From assembly GCA_017853275.1 (NCBI GenBank), contig JAFMJV010000002.1, positions 36,888 to 100,887 of the forward strand: 64,000 nt of DNA. The letters run 5' to 3'. The notes beneath the pieces were generated by a model. That model was not told the DNA's origin and ran no database searches. It was given only the letters and a program-made list of their open reading frames with translations. Origin of the DNA: Chloroflexota bacterium. Its GTDB lineage: Bacteria; Chloroflexota; Limnocylindria; Limnocylindrales; CSP1-4. Shown in pieces: positions 19,009-28,363 of the stretch (position 1 is its first letter; the number at the start of each line of letters is the position of its first letter). Position numbers and translations under genes: made by a program.

Positions 19009-20364
19009 CTAGAGGTTCGGGACGCCTTCCAGGGCGACCCGGATCTTCTCCTGCGGGAGGTCGTAGTCCTCGAGCGTCCCCTGGAGGTAGCGCTCGTAGG
19101 CCCCGAGGTCGAAGTGGCCATGGCCGCACAGGTTGAAGAGGATGACGGGGCTCGTCCCCTCCTCCTTCGCCTTCAGCGCCTCGTCGATGACGACGCTGAT
19201 CGCGTGGGTCGGCTCCGGCGCCGGGAGGATCCCCTCCGTCCGGGCGAACTGGACGCCCGCCTCGAAGGTCCGCTTCTGGTGGACCGCCCGCGCCTCGATG
19301 ATCCCCTGGTCCTTGAGGAGGCTCACCTGCGCCGCCATCCCGTGGTAGCGCAGCCCACCGGCGTGGATCGGGTCGGGGAGGAAGTCGTGGCCGAGGGTGT
19401 GCATCTTCACGAGCGGCGTCATCTGGCCGGTATCGCCGAAGTCATAGCGGTAGACGCCACGCGTCAGGCTCGGCGCGGCCGCCGGCTCCACGGCGATGAT
19501 CCGGTAGTCCGCCTCGCCGCGCAGCTTCTGCCCGATGAAGGGGAAGGTGAGCCCGGCGAAGTTCGAGCCGCCACCGGTGCAGCCGACGAGGATGTCCGGC
19601 TTGTCGCCGGCCATCGCCATCTGCTCCATCGCCTCGATCCCGATCACCGTCTGGTGCATGAGGACGTGGTTGAGGACCGACCCGAGCGCGTACTTCGTGT
19701 CATCGCGGGTCGCGGCGTCCTCCACGGCCTCGCTGATCGCGATCCCCAGCGAGCCGGGGTTCTTCGGGTCGGCGGCGAGGACGGAGCGGCCGTAGTTCGT
19801 CGTGGGCGAGGGGCTCGCCACGACCTCCGCGCCGTAGGTCTCGATGAGCGCCCGGCGGTACGGCTTCTGGTCGTACGAGGCGCGCACCATGTAGACCTTG
19901 ACCTCGAGACCGAAGATCGCGCCCGCAAGAGCGAGCGAGGTCCCCCACTGTCCCGCGCCGGTCTCCGTGGCGAGGCGCTTCACGCCCTCCTGCTTGTTCA
20001 CCCAGGCCTGCGGGATCGCGGTGTTCGGCTTGTGGCTGCCGGCAGGGCTGACGCCCTCGTACTTGTAGTAGATCCGGGCGGTCGTGCCGAGCGCCGCCTC
20101 GAGCCGGTGGGCGCGGAAGAGCGGCGAGGGGCGATACATGGAGTAGGCCTCGCGGACCGGCTCCGGGATCTCGACCTCGCGCTCCTGGCTCACCTCCTGG
20201 AGGATCAGCCCCATCGGGAAGAGGGGCGCCAGGTCCGCCGGTCCGATCGGCTGGCCGGTCCCCGGGTTGAGGGGCGGCGGCAGCGGGACGGGCAGGTCCG
20301 CGTTGATGTTGTACCAGGCCTTCGGGATCCGGTCCTCGGGCAGGAGGAACTTCGTCGGCTTCAT
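19009..20364 (-). CDS. trpB: Tryptophan synthase beta-chain-like PLP enzyme, TrpB2 type
   Basis: PLP-lysine region reads [23 protein letters not shown]. Other motifs are [24 protein letters not shown] and [12 protein letters not shown]. The about 450-aa length and the N-terminal extension are typical of TrpB2. Confidence 0.85.
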   Translation of the reverse strand: MKPTKFLLPEDRIPKAWYNINADLPVPLPPPLNPGTGQPIGPADLAPLFPMGLILQEVSQEREVEIPEPVREAYSMYRPSPLFRAHRLEAALGTTARIYYKYEGVSPAGSHKPNTAIPQAWVNKQEGVKRLATETGAGQWGTSLALAGAIFGLEVKVYMVRASYDQKPYRRALIETYGAEVVASPSPTTNYGRSVLAADPKNPGSLGIAISEAVEDAATRDDTKYALGSVLNHVLMHQTVIGIEAMEQMAMAGDKPDILVGCTGGGSNFAGLTFPFIGQKLRGEADYRIIAVEPAAAPSLTRGVYRYDFGDTGQMTPLVKMHTLGHDFLPDPIHAGGLRYHGMAAQVSLLKDQGIIEARAVHQKRTFEAGVQFARTEGILPAPEPTHAISVVIDEALKAKEEGTSPVILFNLCGHGHFDLGAYERYLQGTLEDYDLPQEKIRVALEGVPNL

Positions 20365-20464
20365 CGCGTGCTTCCTCTCCTCACGGCGCACCACGGGGGC
20401 GCGCCTCCGTCCATCTCCCGCTCGCGGGGCTTCGGGGGAGTGTAGGAGCCGGGCGGAGCGAGCG

Positions 20465-21205
20465 TCAATCGGCGGGGCGGTCGACCCCGAGGATGTCGAG
20501 GAGGCCGTAGAGGTCCCGGATCACCGGGGTCTCCGCAAGGTCCGGGTGCTGGGCGAGATGGGACCCGGTCTGGCCTCCCCGGGCGATGAGGACCGGGGCG
20601 ATCCCCGCACGGGTCGCACCGCCGATGTCCGCGTGGATGGAATCGCCGACGTGGACCGCCCGGTTCGGGGCGACCCCCATCCGCTCCAGGGCGTACCGGA
20701 AGATCTCGGGGTGGGGCTTCTCGTAGCCCACCCGGGCGCTCGTGATGATCGCCTCGAAGTGACCGGCCAGCTGCAGCATGTGAAGGAGCTCGGGGAGCGA
20801 CCAGGTCCAGTTGCTGATCACCGCGAGGCGGATCCCCGCCCGGTCGAGCGCCCCGACGGCCGGGACGACATCCTCGTAGACCCACCACGCGGCGCGCTCC
20901 GCGAAGGCCGCCTCGAGGCGCCGGTAGAAGGACTCCGGCTGCGGCGGATGGCCGAGCTTCGCGAGGACCGCGGTATCGAACCCGACCGAGCGACGGAAGG
21001 AGGACGCCTCGCTCGCCTCGAAGGGACCCTCGAGCGCCGGATCCGGGACCCCGAAGACCTCGAGGAGCGCGCGACGCAGCGGCTCCTCCTCGATGACCAC
21101 GCCGTGCTCGGCGAGGACCGCACGGTAGACCGCCGCCCACGAGGGATGGGCGCTGACCATCGTGTCCCCCACGTCGAGGAAGACGACCTCCGGCCGGGAG
21201 CGCAT
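20465..21205 (-). CDS. HAD-superfamily hydrolase
   Basis: Motif I is [10 protein letters not shown]. The C-terminal end has [24 protein letters not shown]. Start at M68 of ORF 20465..21406. Confidence 0.7.
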   Translation of the reverse strand: MRSRPEVVFLDVGDTMVSAHPSWAAVYRAVLAEHGVVIEEEPLRRALLEVFGVPDPALEGPFEASEASSFRRSVGFDTAVLAKLGHPPQPESFYRRLEAAFAERAAWWVYEDVVPAVGALDRAGIRLAVISNWTWSLPELLHMLQLAGHFEAIITSARVGYEKPHPEIFRYALERMGVAPNRAVHVGDSIHADIGGATRAGIAPVLIARGGQTGSHLAQHPDLAETPVIRDLYGLLDILGVDRPAD

Positions 21206-21236
21206 CGATGGACCTCCGGATCTGCGGCCGCGCCGC

Positions 21237-22292
21237 TCAGTCGTTGTAGAGCCGCTCCTCGACGAGCTTCTCCTGGACCGGCCGCGCCTCCGGATGGAAG
21301 CAGGACCACGCGAAGTACTTCTCCAGCTCCAGGTCCACCGCGTTCTGGCCCGAGCGGTTCTTCTCCACCGTGAGCACGACCCAGTCGCGGAAGCGCTGCG
21401 CGGCATGCGGGTTGTACTCGATCGCCACCTTGGCCACGATCGAGTACTTCTCGTTGAGGATGAGGATGATGTCCGCCTCGTAGTCGATCGCGGAGGACCC
21501 CCGGAGGTGGTGATGCCGGAGGCGCTGCGCCTTGAGCCCCTCCTTGTCCGCCGCCACGATGCTCACGACGGGGACCTCGAGCCCGAGGGCGAGCTCCTTC
21601 AGCCCGCTGACGCTCGCCGTGACCTTCTCCGTCTCGGACGGGGGCTCCGGCAGGACGGGGATCTTCTGGAGGTAGTCCACGAAGACGACGAGCCGCCGGT
21701 CCCCGGTCGCCTCCCGGAAGCCGCGCACCAGCTCGCCGACCTCCCGCACCCCGGTCTCGGTGGGCGATCCGCGGAGGAGGAAGAGGCGCGACCCATAGCC
21801 CGCCACGCGATCGAGGAGCGGACGGAGGCGGGGGTTCGCCCCCAGGTCCCCCGGCCCGCCACCGGCTGCGGTGGTCGCGAGGATCTCCTTCCGGACGTCG
21901 GTGAGCTTCAGGCCGCCACCGGTCTCGGGGAGCGTCTCCACCACCGACTCCATCGCGATGAGCCGGTTGAGGAGGTACTCCTCGTCGTGCTCGTAGCAGA
22001 CGAAGAGGACGCTCGCCTGCCCGGACGCCACGAGGTTCCGGGCCATCTGGAGGGCGAGGGTCGTCTTGCCCGTCCCCTGGGCGCCGCCGATGAGGACGAG
22101 GTCGCCGGGGCGGATCCCGCCCCCGATGGAGCGGTCGAGAGCGCCGAGCCCGAGGGAGAGCGGCTGGTAGCCGAGGACCTCCCCGCTCGCGACCTTGCCG
22201 GCGAGGGAGCCGAGGACATCCGTGGCGCTGCGTGGCGCCGGACCGGCGATCCGGCCACCGGCCCCGTTCCCCGGACGCCCGGCCTCCGTCAC
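21237..22292 (-). CDS. Stand-alone RecA-superfamily ATPase resembling the DnaB helicase C-terminal domain (KaiC/DnaB-C-like)
   Basis: Motifs are GYQPLSLGLGALDRSIGGGIRPGDLVLIGGAQGTGKTTLALQMA (Walker A), RRLVVFVDYLQKI (DnaB H2-like) and VPVVSIVAADKEG. There is no N-terminal helicase domain. GTG start at 22292 overlaps the M20 peptidase stop (GTGA). Confidence 0.6.
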   Translation of the reverse strand: MTEAGRPGNGAGGRIAGPAPRSATDVLGSLAGKVASGEVLGYQPLSLGLGALDRSIGGGIRPGDLVLIGGAQGTGKTTLALQMARNLVASGQASVLFVCYEHDEEYLLNRLIAMESVVETLPETGGGLKLTDVRKEILATTAAGGGPGDLGANPRLRPLLDRVAGYGSRLFLLRGSPTETGVREVGELVRGFREATGDRRLVVFVDYLQKIPVLPEPPSETEKVTASVSGLKELALGLEVPVVSIVAADKEGLKAQRLRHHHLRGSSAIDYEADIILILNEKYSIVAKVAIEYNPHAAQRFRDWVVLTVEKNRSGQNAVDLELEKYFAWSCFHPEARPVQEKLVEERLYND

Positions 22293-23698
22293 GACCGCGT
22301 GCCGGCTCCGAGCCCGGGGCCGAGCGCGGCGAGCGCCTCCCAGTAGCGGGCGATCGTGCGCAGCCCGCCCTCGTAGTTGGCATAGACCATCTGCTCGTTC
22401 GGGGCGTGCGCCTGGTCGTCCGGGTTCGTGAACCCGAGCAGGACGACGGGGAGCCCGAGGAGCCGGTGGAAGGCCGCGGCAGCCGGGATCGAGCCACCCT
22501 CGCGGAGGTAGTACGGCGGTGCGCCGAAGACATCCTCCAGGCAGCGCGCTGCCGCGATGCTCGCCGGGTGGTCCACCTCCGTGGAGGTCCACATCCCGTC
22601 CCCGAGGTGACGGACGGTGACGCGGACCCCGGGGACCGGGACCGCGAGGATCGCGTCCTTCACGCGCTGGAAGGTCCGCCTCGGGTCCATCTCCGCCACG
22701 AGCCGGCAGCTGAACTTGGCATGGGCATGCGCCGGGATGATCGTCTTCTGACCCTCGCCGGTGAAGCCGCCCCAGATCCCGTTGATCTCCAGGGTGGGAC
22801 GGGCGCCCCGGCGCTCGAGGGGCCGGAAGGCGGGATCGCCGAAGAGGGCGGGCACCCCGAGCTGCGTCTCCACCTCCGCGGCGTCGAAGGGGACGCGGGC
22901 GAACTCGTCGCGATCGCGCTCCGTGAGCTCCTTCACCTCGTCCAGGAAGCCGGGGACCGCGATCGTCCCGTCCTCGTTCTTGAGGGCCGCGATGATCCGC
23001 GCCAGGGCGATGGCCGGGTTCTGGACGTTGCCGCCCCAGGTCCCGGAGTGGAGGTCGAGCGCCGGACCCTCCACGTCGATCTGCCCGTAGACGAGGCCGC
23101 GCAGACCGATCGTGATCGCCGGATGGTTCCCCTGGGCGAACCCGGTGTCGCTCACGACGACAAGATCGGCGCCGAGCCGGCCGCGGTTCGCCTCCAGCCA
23201 CAGGTCGAAGTTCTCCGAGCCCGATTCCTCCTCGCCCTCGAAGACGAACCGGAGGTTGACCGGGAGCCGGCCGGCCGTGGCGAGCCAGGCACGGGCCACC
23301 CACAGGTGCAGGTGGACCTGGCCCTTGTCGTCCGCCGCACCGCGACCGTAGATCCGACCACCTTCCATGCGCGGCTCGAAGGGCGGACGCTCCCAGAGAT
23401 CGAGCGGATCGACCGGCTGGACGTCGTAGTGGCCGTAGACGATGACGGTGGGTGCTCCCTCCGCGTGGAGCCAGTCCGCGTAGACGACCGGATGGCCGGG
23501 CGTCGGCGAGACCTCGACGTTCTCCAGCCCCCACGCTCCGAGCCGCTCCGCTAGGAACCGTGCGGCGGCACGGATATCCCCCGCGTGCTCGGAGAGCGTG
23601 GAGATGCTCGGGATGCGCAGGAAGTCGAAGTAGTCCGCGAGTCGCTCATCCTCGCGCTCCGCGAGGAAGCTCTCGACCCTGTCGAGCTCGGCGGTCAT
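22289..23698 (-). CDS. M20-family metallopeptidase (dipeptidase / ArgE-DapE-like)
   Basis: Motifs are VIVYGHYDVQPVDPLDLWERPPFEP, GRGAADDKGQV and RFVFEGEEESGSENF. Start at M14 of ORF 22289..23737. Confidence 0.8.
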   Translation of the reverse strand: MTAELDRVESFLAEREDERLADYFDFLRIPSISTLSEHAGDIRAAARFLAERLGAWGLENVEVSPTPGHPVVYADWLHAEGAPTVIVYGHYDVQPVDPLDLWERPPFEPRMEGGRIYGRGAADDKGQVHLHLWVARAWLATAGRLPVNLRFVFEGEEESGSENFDLWLEANRGRLGADLVVVSDTGFAQGNHPAITIGLRGLVYGQIDVEGPALDLHSGTWGGNVQNPAIALARIIAALKNEDGTIAVPGFLDEVKELTERDRDEFARVPFDAAEVETQLGVPALFGDPAFRPLERRGARPTLEINGIWGGFTGEGQKTIIPAHAHAKFSCRLVAEMDPRRTFQRVKDAILAVPVPGVRVTVRHLGDGMWTSTEVDHPASIAAARCLEDVFGAPPYYLREGGSIPAAAAFHRLLGLPVVLLGFTNPDDQAHAPNEQMVYANYEGGLRTIARYWEALAALGPGLGAGTRS

Positions 23699-23702
23699 GG
23701 CC

Positions 23703-25694
23703 TCAGGCGGGCTGAGGCGCGGGCGAAGCCGCACCATCGGGAGCCGGGGGCTCCTCCTCGTCCGCAGCGCCCAGGGCGTCCGCGGCGTCCGCGGCCGGCG
23801 GCGTGGACCCCCCGCTCTTGTTCCCGTGCGGGTCCGGGAGGTCGGCGAACATCGCGGCGAAGGCGTCCGCCTCCAGGGTCTCCTCCGCGACCAGGCGCTC
23901 CGCGAGCTGGTCGAGCCGGTCCCGGTGGGTCGTCAGGACCTCGAGCGCGCGGCTGTAGCCGCGGTCGATGATCCCGCGGACCTCGTCGTCGATCTTCTTG
24001 GCGACGTCCTCGGAGTAGTTCCGCTGCTCGCCGATCTCGCGCCCGAGGAAGACGAGCTCGTCGCGCCGCCCGAAGGCGAGCGGCCCGAGCGCATCGCTCA
24101 TCCCGAACTCCGTGACCATCCGGCGGGCGAGGTTGGTCGCCTTCTCGATGTCGTTCGAGGAGCCGGTCGTGGTATCGCCGAAGACGATGCGCTCCGCGGC
24201 ATTGCCGCCGAGCATCCCCGCGATCTTGTCCTCGAACTCGGCCTTGCTCTGGAGATAGCGGTCTTCCGTGGGCAGGCCCATCGTGTAGCCGAGCGCCATG
24301 CCGCGGCTGATGATGCTCACCTTGGCGACCGGGTCGCACTTGGGGAGGACCCGCTGGACGAGGGCGTGACCGCCCTCGTGGTAGGCGATGATCGCCTTCT
24401 CCGCGTCGCTGATCACCCGGCTCTTCCGCTCGGGACCGGCCACGACGCGCTCGAGCGCCTCGCCGAACTCGCTCGTCCCGATCGTCTTCCGGTTGCGGCG
24501 CGCCGCGAGGATCGCGGCCTCGTTCACGAGGTTCGCGAGGTCCGCCCCGGAGAAGCCCGGCGACTGCTTGGCGATCGTGGGCAGATCGATCGTCTTGTCG
24601 AGCGGCTTGCCCTTGATGTGGACCTTGAGGATCTCGAGCCGGCCCTTCATGTCCGGGCGGTCGAGGATCACCTGGCGGTCGAAGCGACCGGGCCGCAGGA
24701 GCGCCGGGTCGAGGACGTCCGGGCGGTTCGTGGCGGCGACGACGATCACGTTCGTGTTCGTATCGAAGCCGTCCATCTCCACGAGGATCTGGTTGAGCGT
24801 CTGCTCGCGCTCGTCGTGGGAGCCGCCGAGGCCGGCGCCGCGCTGGCGGCCGACCGCGTCGATCTCGTCCACGAAGACGATGCACGGGCTGTTCCGCTTG
24901 GCCTGGTCGAAGAGGTCGCGGACGCGGCTCGCACCGACACCCACGAACATCTCCACGAACTCCGAGCCGGAGATGCTGAAGAAGGGGACGCCGGCCTCAC
25001 CCGCCACGGCGCGCGCGAGGAGGGTCTTGCCGGTGCCGGGAGGCCCCACGAGCAGGACTCCGCGCGGGATCCGCGCCCCGAGCGAGTTGAACTTCTCCGG
25101 GAACTTCAGGAACTCCACGACCTCCTGGAGCTCCGTCTTGGCCTCGTCCACGCCCGCGACATCCGCGAAGGTGATGACGGTCTTGTTGCCCAGGAACATC
25201 CGGGCGCGGCTCTTGCCGAAGGACATCGCCTGGCTGTTCGAGCCCTGTGCCTGGCGGAACATGAAGTAGAGGAAGACGCCGATGAGGATGACCGGGAGGA
25301 TCGCCGAGAGGAGAAGGCCGAGCCACTGGCCGCCGTTCTCCTCATCCGCCGCCGAAAGGTCGGGGATCGTGGTGCAGCCGGGCGACTGGCACCAGCCGGC
25401 CATGTCCGACGCGACGTCCGTCACGAACTGGCTCGGGACCTGGGTGACGAGCACCTCCGGCTCCGTGCGGCCGTCCGTGGTGCGCGTCGTGGTGATCTCC
25501 ACCCGCGCGCCCTTCTGAACGACGCCGACGACCTGGCCGGACGCGACGAGCTGCTGGAAGGAGCGCGCATCCGCCCCGCTGTAGGGGATCGTCTCCGAGG
25601 TGGTCCCCGGGAAGATGAACATGTAGAGGAGCGCGGCGGTCCCCAGGACGAGCAGCAGGGTGACGAGCCCGTTGCGAAGGAAGCGGCTGTTCAA
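23703..25694 (-). CDS. ftsH: ATP-dependent zinc metalloprotease FtsH
   Basis: Walker A is [26 protein letters not shown]. Walker B is [12 protein letters not shown]. The zinc site is [11 protein letters not shown] propose a TTG start giving [18 protein letters not shown], with GGAGG 9 nt upstream; this matches canonical FtsH N-termini. Confidence 0.88.
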   Translation of the reverse strand: MNSRFLRNGLVTLLLVLGTAALLYMFIFPGTTSETIPYSGADARSFQQLVASGQVVGVVQKGARVEITTTRTTDGRTEPEVLVTQVPSQFVTDVASDMAGWCQSPGCTTIPDLSAADEENGGQWLGLLLSAILPVILIGVFLYFMFRQAQGSNSQAMSFGKSRARMFLGNKTVITFADVAGVDEAKTELQEVVEFLKFPEKFNSLGARIPRGVLLVGPPGTGKTLLARAVAGEAGVPFFSISGSEFVEMFVGVGASRVRDLFDQAKRNSPCIVFVDEIDAVGRQRGAGLGGSHDEREQTLNQILVEMDGFDTNTNVIVVAATNRPDVLDPALLRPGRFDRQVILDRPDMKGRLEILKVHIKGKPLDKTIDLPTIAKQSPGFSGADLANLVNEAAILAARRNRKTIGTSEFGEALERVVAGPERKSRVISDAEKAIIAYHEGGHALVQRVLPKCDPVAKVSIISRGMALGYTMGLPTEDRYLQSKAEFEDKIAGMLGGNAAERIVFGDTTTGSSNDIEKATNLARRMVTEFGMSDALGPLAFGRRDELVFLGREIGEQRNYSEDVAKKIDDEVRGIIDRGYSRALEVLTTHRDRLDQLAERLVAEETLEADAFAAMFADLPDPHGNKSGGSTPPAADAADALGAADEEEPPAPDGAASPAPQPA

Positions 25695-25851
25695 GACGAT
25701 CTGGCCTCCGGAGCGGTGAGCGGAGCCGGGAACCGTGCCGGACGCCCGCGGAGCGGGTGGACGGTGCGGTGCTCGCTCCTGATTCGTCCGGCAGCCTCCG
25801 CCGGATGGCAAGACGGCCGGGCCCGAGGGCCCGGCCGGTCGGTCTCCAGGT

Positions 25852-25926
25852 TGGTAGCGGGGGGCGGATTCGAACCACCGACCAAGGGCTTATGAGTCCC
25901 CTGCTCTGCCACTGAGCTACCCCGCC
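25852..25926 (-). tRNA. tRNA-Met (anticodon CAU; a lysidine-type tRNA-Ile2 cannot be excluded)
   Basis: The reverse complement is GGCGGGGTAGCTCAGTGGCAGAGCAGGGGACTCATAAGCCCTTGGTCGGTGGTTCGAATCCGCCCCCCGCTACCA. It folds as a cloverleaf with a 7-bp acceptor, D stem GCTC/GAGC, anticodon loop CTCATAA, T loop TTCGAAT and an encoded CCA. Oddities are a G1-U72 wobble and an A31/G39 mismatch. Ends may be off by 1 nt. Confidence 0.72.
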
Positions 25927-25975
25927 TCGGGCCGGGATTCTAGCGCACTCCCGGCCGACGGTCCCGACGCGGGAC

Positions 25976-26764
25976 CTAGCTGACGGTGATCGAGAGCTCG
26001 ACGGTCCAGACGCCCTGCTCGCCACCCTCCCACGGGCGGCCGTAGGAGCCGGTGACGGTCGCGCTGCCCGCCGCGAGAGCGTGCAGGACGACGTGCTCCG
26101 TGCCGGAGGCGCCCATGGCGTCGCCGCTCGGGGCCTCGTAGACCCACGAGTCGACCTCCACGACGGCGCTATCCGAGACGACCGGGTCGGCCCAGCGGAA
26201 GCCGGTGGTGGGGTTGCTGCACAGCGAGACGACGATCAGGTCGCCCGCCGCGACCTCGACCGAGGCGGTCGCGTTGGGGGTCGACTCGAAGGAGGCGCAG
26301 TCGATCGCGACCTTCGTGGCCTTCCCCACGTTCACGGTCAGGCTGAGGGTCGCAGCCCCCTTCGTGCCACCGTCCCAGGGCTGGTCATAGCTGCTCGTGA
26401 TCATCGTGCTGCCGGGGGCGACCGCGTCGATCGTCAGGTGCTCCACGCCCGGGGCACCCGCCATGTCGCTGTCGGAGTCCTCGAAGGCCCAGTCGGAGAC
26501 CGTGGCGACCTCGGGGACGGACGAGACCGGGGTGCTCCAGCGGAACCCGGTCGTGGGGTTGCTGCACAGGTGGACCTCCACCTTGTGACCCGTCGGCGCG
26601 TCCACGGTCCGCTCGATCGCGGGACCGGCGCTCACGTCGTCGCAGGTGATCTCCACGTAGACCGCGCTGCCATGGCTCTCGGACTCGGCGGCGACGGGCA
26701 CCGCACCGACCGAGGCCGTGATCGCGAGGGCGCCGAAGAGCGCCGCGAACCGGGACTTGCGCAT
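25976..26764 (-). CDS. Secreted protein with two tandem chagasin-family (MEROPS I42) cysteine-peptidase-inhibitor domains
   Basis: Signal peptide MRKSRFAALFGALAITASVGAVPVAAE. Each of two about 115-aa repeats carries the three chagasin loop motifs. Repeat 1 has LCSNPTTGFRW, GAPGVEH and YDQPWDGG. Repeat 2 has LCSNPTTGFRW, GASGTEH and YGRPWEGG. Compare T. cruzi chagasin NPTTGFAW / GAGGTEH / RPW. Confidence 0.8.
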   Translation of the reverse strand: MRKSRFAALFGALAITASVGAVPVAAESESHGSAVYVEITCDDVSAGPAIERTVDAPTGHKVEVHLCSNPTTGFRWSTPVSSVPEVATVSDWAFEDSDSDMAGAPGVEHLTIDAVAPGSTMITSSYDQPWDGGTKGAATLSLTVNVGKATKVAIDCASFESTPNATASVEVAAGDLIVVSLCSNPTTGFRWADPVVSDSAVVEVDSWVYEAPSGDAMGASGTEHVVLHALAAGSATVTGSYGRPWEGGEQGVWTVELSITVS

Positions 26765-26882
26765 CGAATCTGTCCTCCACTTCACTCCGGCCGCGTCGGG
26801 ATGACGCACGGCCTCCACAGGATGCCACCTCCGACGCCGCGCCGCGCATCCCGGTTCCCTCCATCGTGCGAGAATCGGGAAC

Positions 26883-27806
26883 GTGACCGAACCGACATCC
26901 CTTCGCCCCGGGGCCGCCGGCCCGCCCTCCTCCGTCTCCGCGCTGCTCGACCGCTCGGCCGGCGTCCTGCGGCGGCGCTGGGCGGTCCTCATCGCCCTCT
27001 CCCTCATCTTCGGGATCCCCGCCGCCCTGCTCGGCGCCGCCGGCTCGCTCCCGCTCGCCGGCACCCTGGGGCGCCTCCTCCCCACGGATGGCTCGATCCC
27101 GGCTCCCGGGACGGTCGGCGAGGCCGAGGTGCGGGAGGTGCTCACCGGCGTCCTCATCGCGCTGGCGACCTCGGCGCTGGCCGGGGCGCTCGCCTCGATC
27201 GGGGCGGTCGGCGCCGCCTGGGTCACCGCGCGCCATCTCCATGGCCTCCCGGCCCGTACGGCCGACGGCGCCGTCCACGCCCTCGCGCGGGCGGTGCCCG
27301 CGATCGCGCTCTCGCTGGTCACCCTCCTCGTCCTCGGCGCGATCGCCCTGGTCGGAGGAGCGGTCGCGATCGGCGTCCTCGCGCTGCTTCCCGGATCGTC
27401 ACCTGCGGCCGGGGGGCCGGGTCCCTTCCTCGCCATCGTGGTGGGCGTGGCGGCGACCTTCGCGATCATCGTCCTTCAGCTGCGCTGGGCGGCCGCCCCC
27501 ACGCTCGTGGCGCTGGGGGACGGCCCGCTCGCGGCCCTCCGGACGAGCTGGGCGCTCACCCGGGGCTCGATGCTGCGCACCGCGGGGCTCCTCCTCCTGT
27601 CCGGGCTCCTCGCGGCGATCGTGATGACGATCGTGGGCGGGATCCTCGCCTCCCTTCTCGACGGCGCGCTGACCCAGGGCATCGGCGTCGCCTCCGCCGG
27701 CGAGCTGGCCTCGGATGCCATCGTCGCGATCCTCTTCGCACCCGTGACGCCGGTCGTCCTCACCGTCCTCACCGTCGACCTGCAGAAGCGCGCACCCGCG
27801 GCCTGA
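26883..27806 (+). CDS. Polytopic membrane protein, unknown function
   Basis: High GC3. Six or seven hydrophobic segments rich in Ala, Leu and Gly. GTG start. No recognisable motif. Confidence 0.5.
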   Translation: MTEPTSLRPGAAGPPSSVSALLDRSAGVLRRRWAVLIALSLIFGIPAALLGAAGSLPLAGTLGRLLPTDGSIPAPGTVGEAEVREVLTGVLIALATSALAGALASIGAVGAAWVTARHLHGLPARTADGAVHALARAVPAIALSLVTLLVLGAIALVGGAVAIGVLALLPGSSPAAGGPGPFLAIVVGVAATFAIIVLQLRWAAAPTLVALGDGPLAALRTSWALTRGSMLRTAGLLLLSGLLAAIVMTIVGGILASLLDGALTQGIGVASAGELASDAIVAILFAPVTPVVLTVLTVDLQKRAPAA

Positions 27807-27813
27807 GCCGCGT

Positions 27814-28242
27814 TCAGGCGCCGGTCAGGACCCGCAGGAGGTCATCCAGGATGCCGGGCTCCGGGGCCGGCTCCGGCGCTCCCGGCAGCTGCGGAAGCGG
27901 AGCGGGGGGCGCGTCCGGGTCCGCGAGGGAGAAGGCGCGCTCCCGGCCGGCTCCCAGCCCCCAGGCCCGCGCCAGCTGATCGAGGAAGCCCTCGTCGTCC
28001 AGCAGGGCGATCTCGCGGGCTCCCGCCTCCGCGCGCGCCCGCATCTCCTCGTTGACCGCGCGCTCCCGGGCGACACGCTCGCGGAGCTCCGCCGACTCTC
28101 CGAGCACGCCCGCGAAGGCGAACGCCAGCCAGCCGGCGAGGATCAGCGCCACGAGCGCCCAGAGCGCGGCGCGCCCGGGGATCCGCCCGCCGATGCGCGC
28201 GATCCGGTCCCGCGGCGTCCTGGGGGGTCTCCCGGCTTCCAT
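27814..28242 (-). CDS. Septum-formation initiator family protein (FtsB/DivIC-like)
   Basis: Arg-rich cytoplasmic N-terminus, one TM (ALWALVALILAGWLAFAFAGVL), then the coiled coil ESAELRERVARERAVNEEMRARAEAG. A DEGFLDQLARAWGLGAGRERAF box follows, then a Pro-rich tail. High GC3. Confidence 0.5.
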   Translation of the reverse strand: MEAGRPPRTPRDRIARIGGRIPGRAALWALVALILAGWLAFAFAGVLGESAELRERVARERAVNEEMRARAEAGAREIALLDDEGFLDQLARAWGLGAGRERAFSLADPDAPPAPLPQLPGAPEPAPEPGILDDLLRVLTGA

Positions 28243-28363
28243 CGCACCGGAGGGTGCGCGCCTCCGGGCGGGCTGTCAAACGCGCGCCGGGGCGGCGTGC
28301 GCGATCGGTCGTGCTAGACTCCCGCAGAACCGACCGGATGTTCGATTTCGTGGGGAGGACGGG

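Noticed and set aside
28327-28343. LexA/SOS box upstream of the MrfA-like helicase
   Set aside because: The palindrome is GAAC-N9-GTTC. The actinobacterial LexA site is TCGAAC-N4-GTTCGA. Spacing and flanks do not match, so it is kept only as a generic candidate operator.
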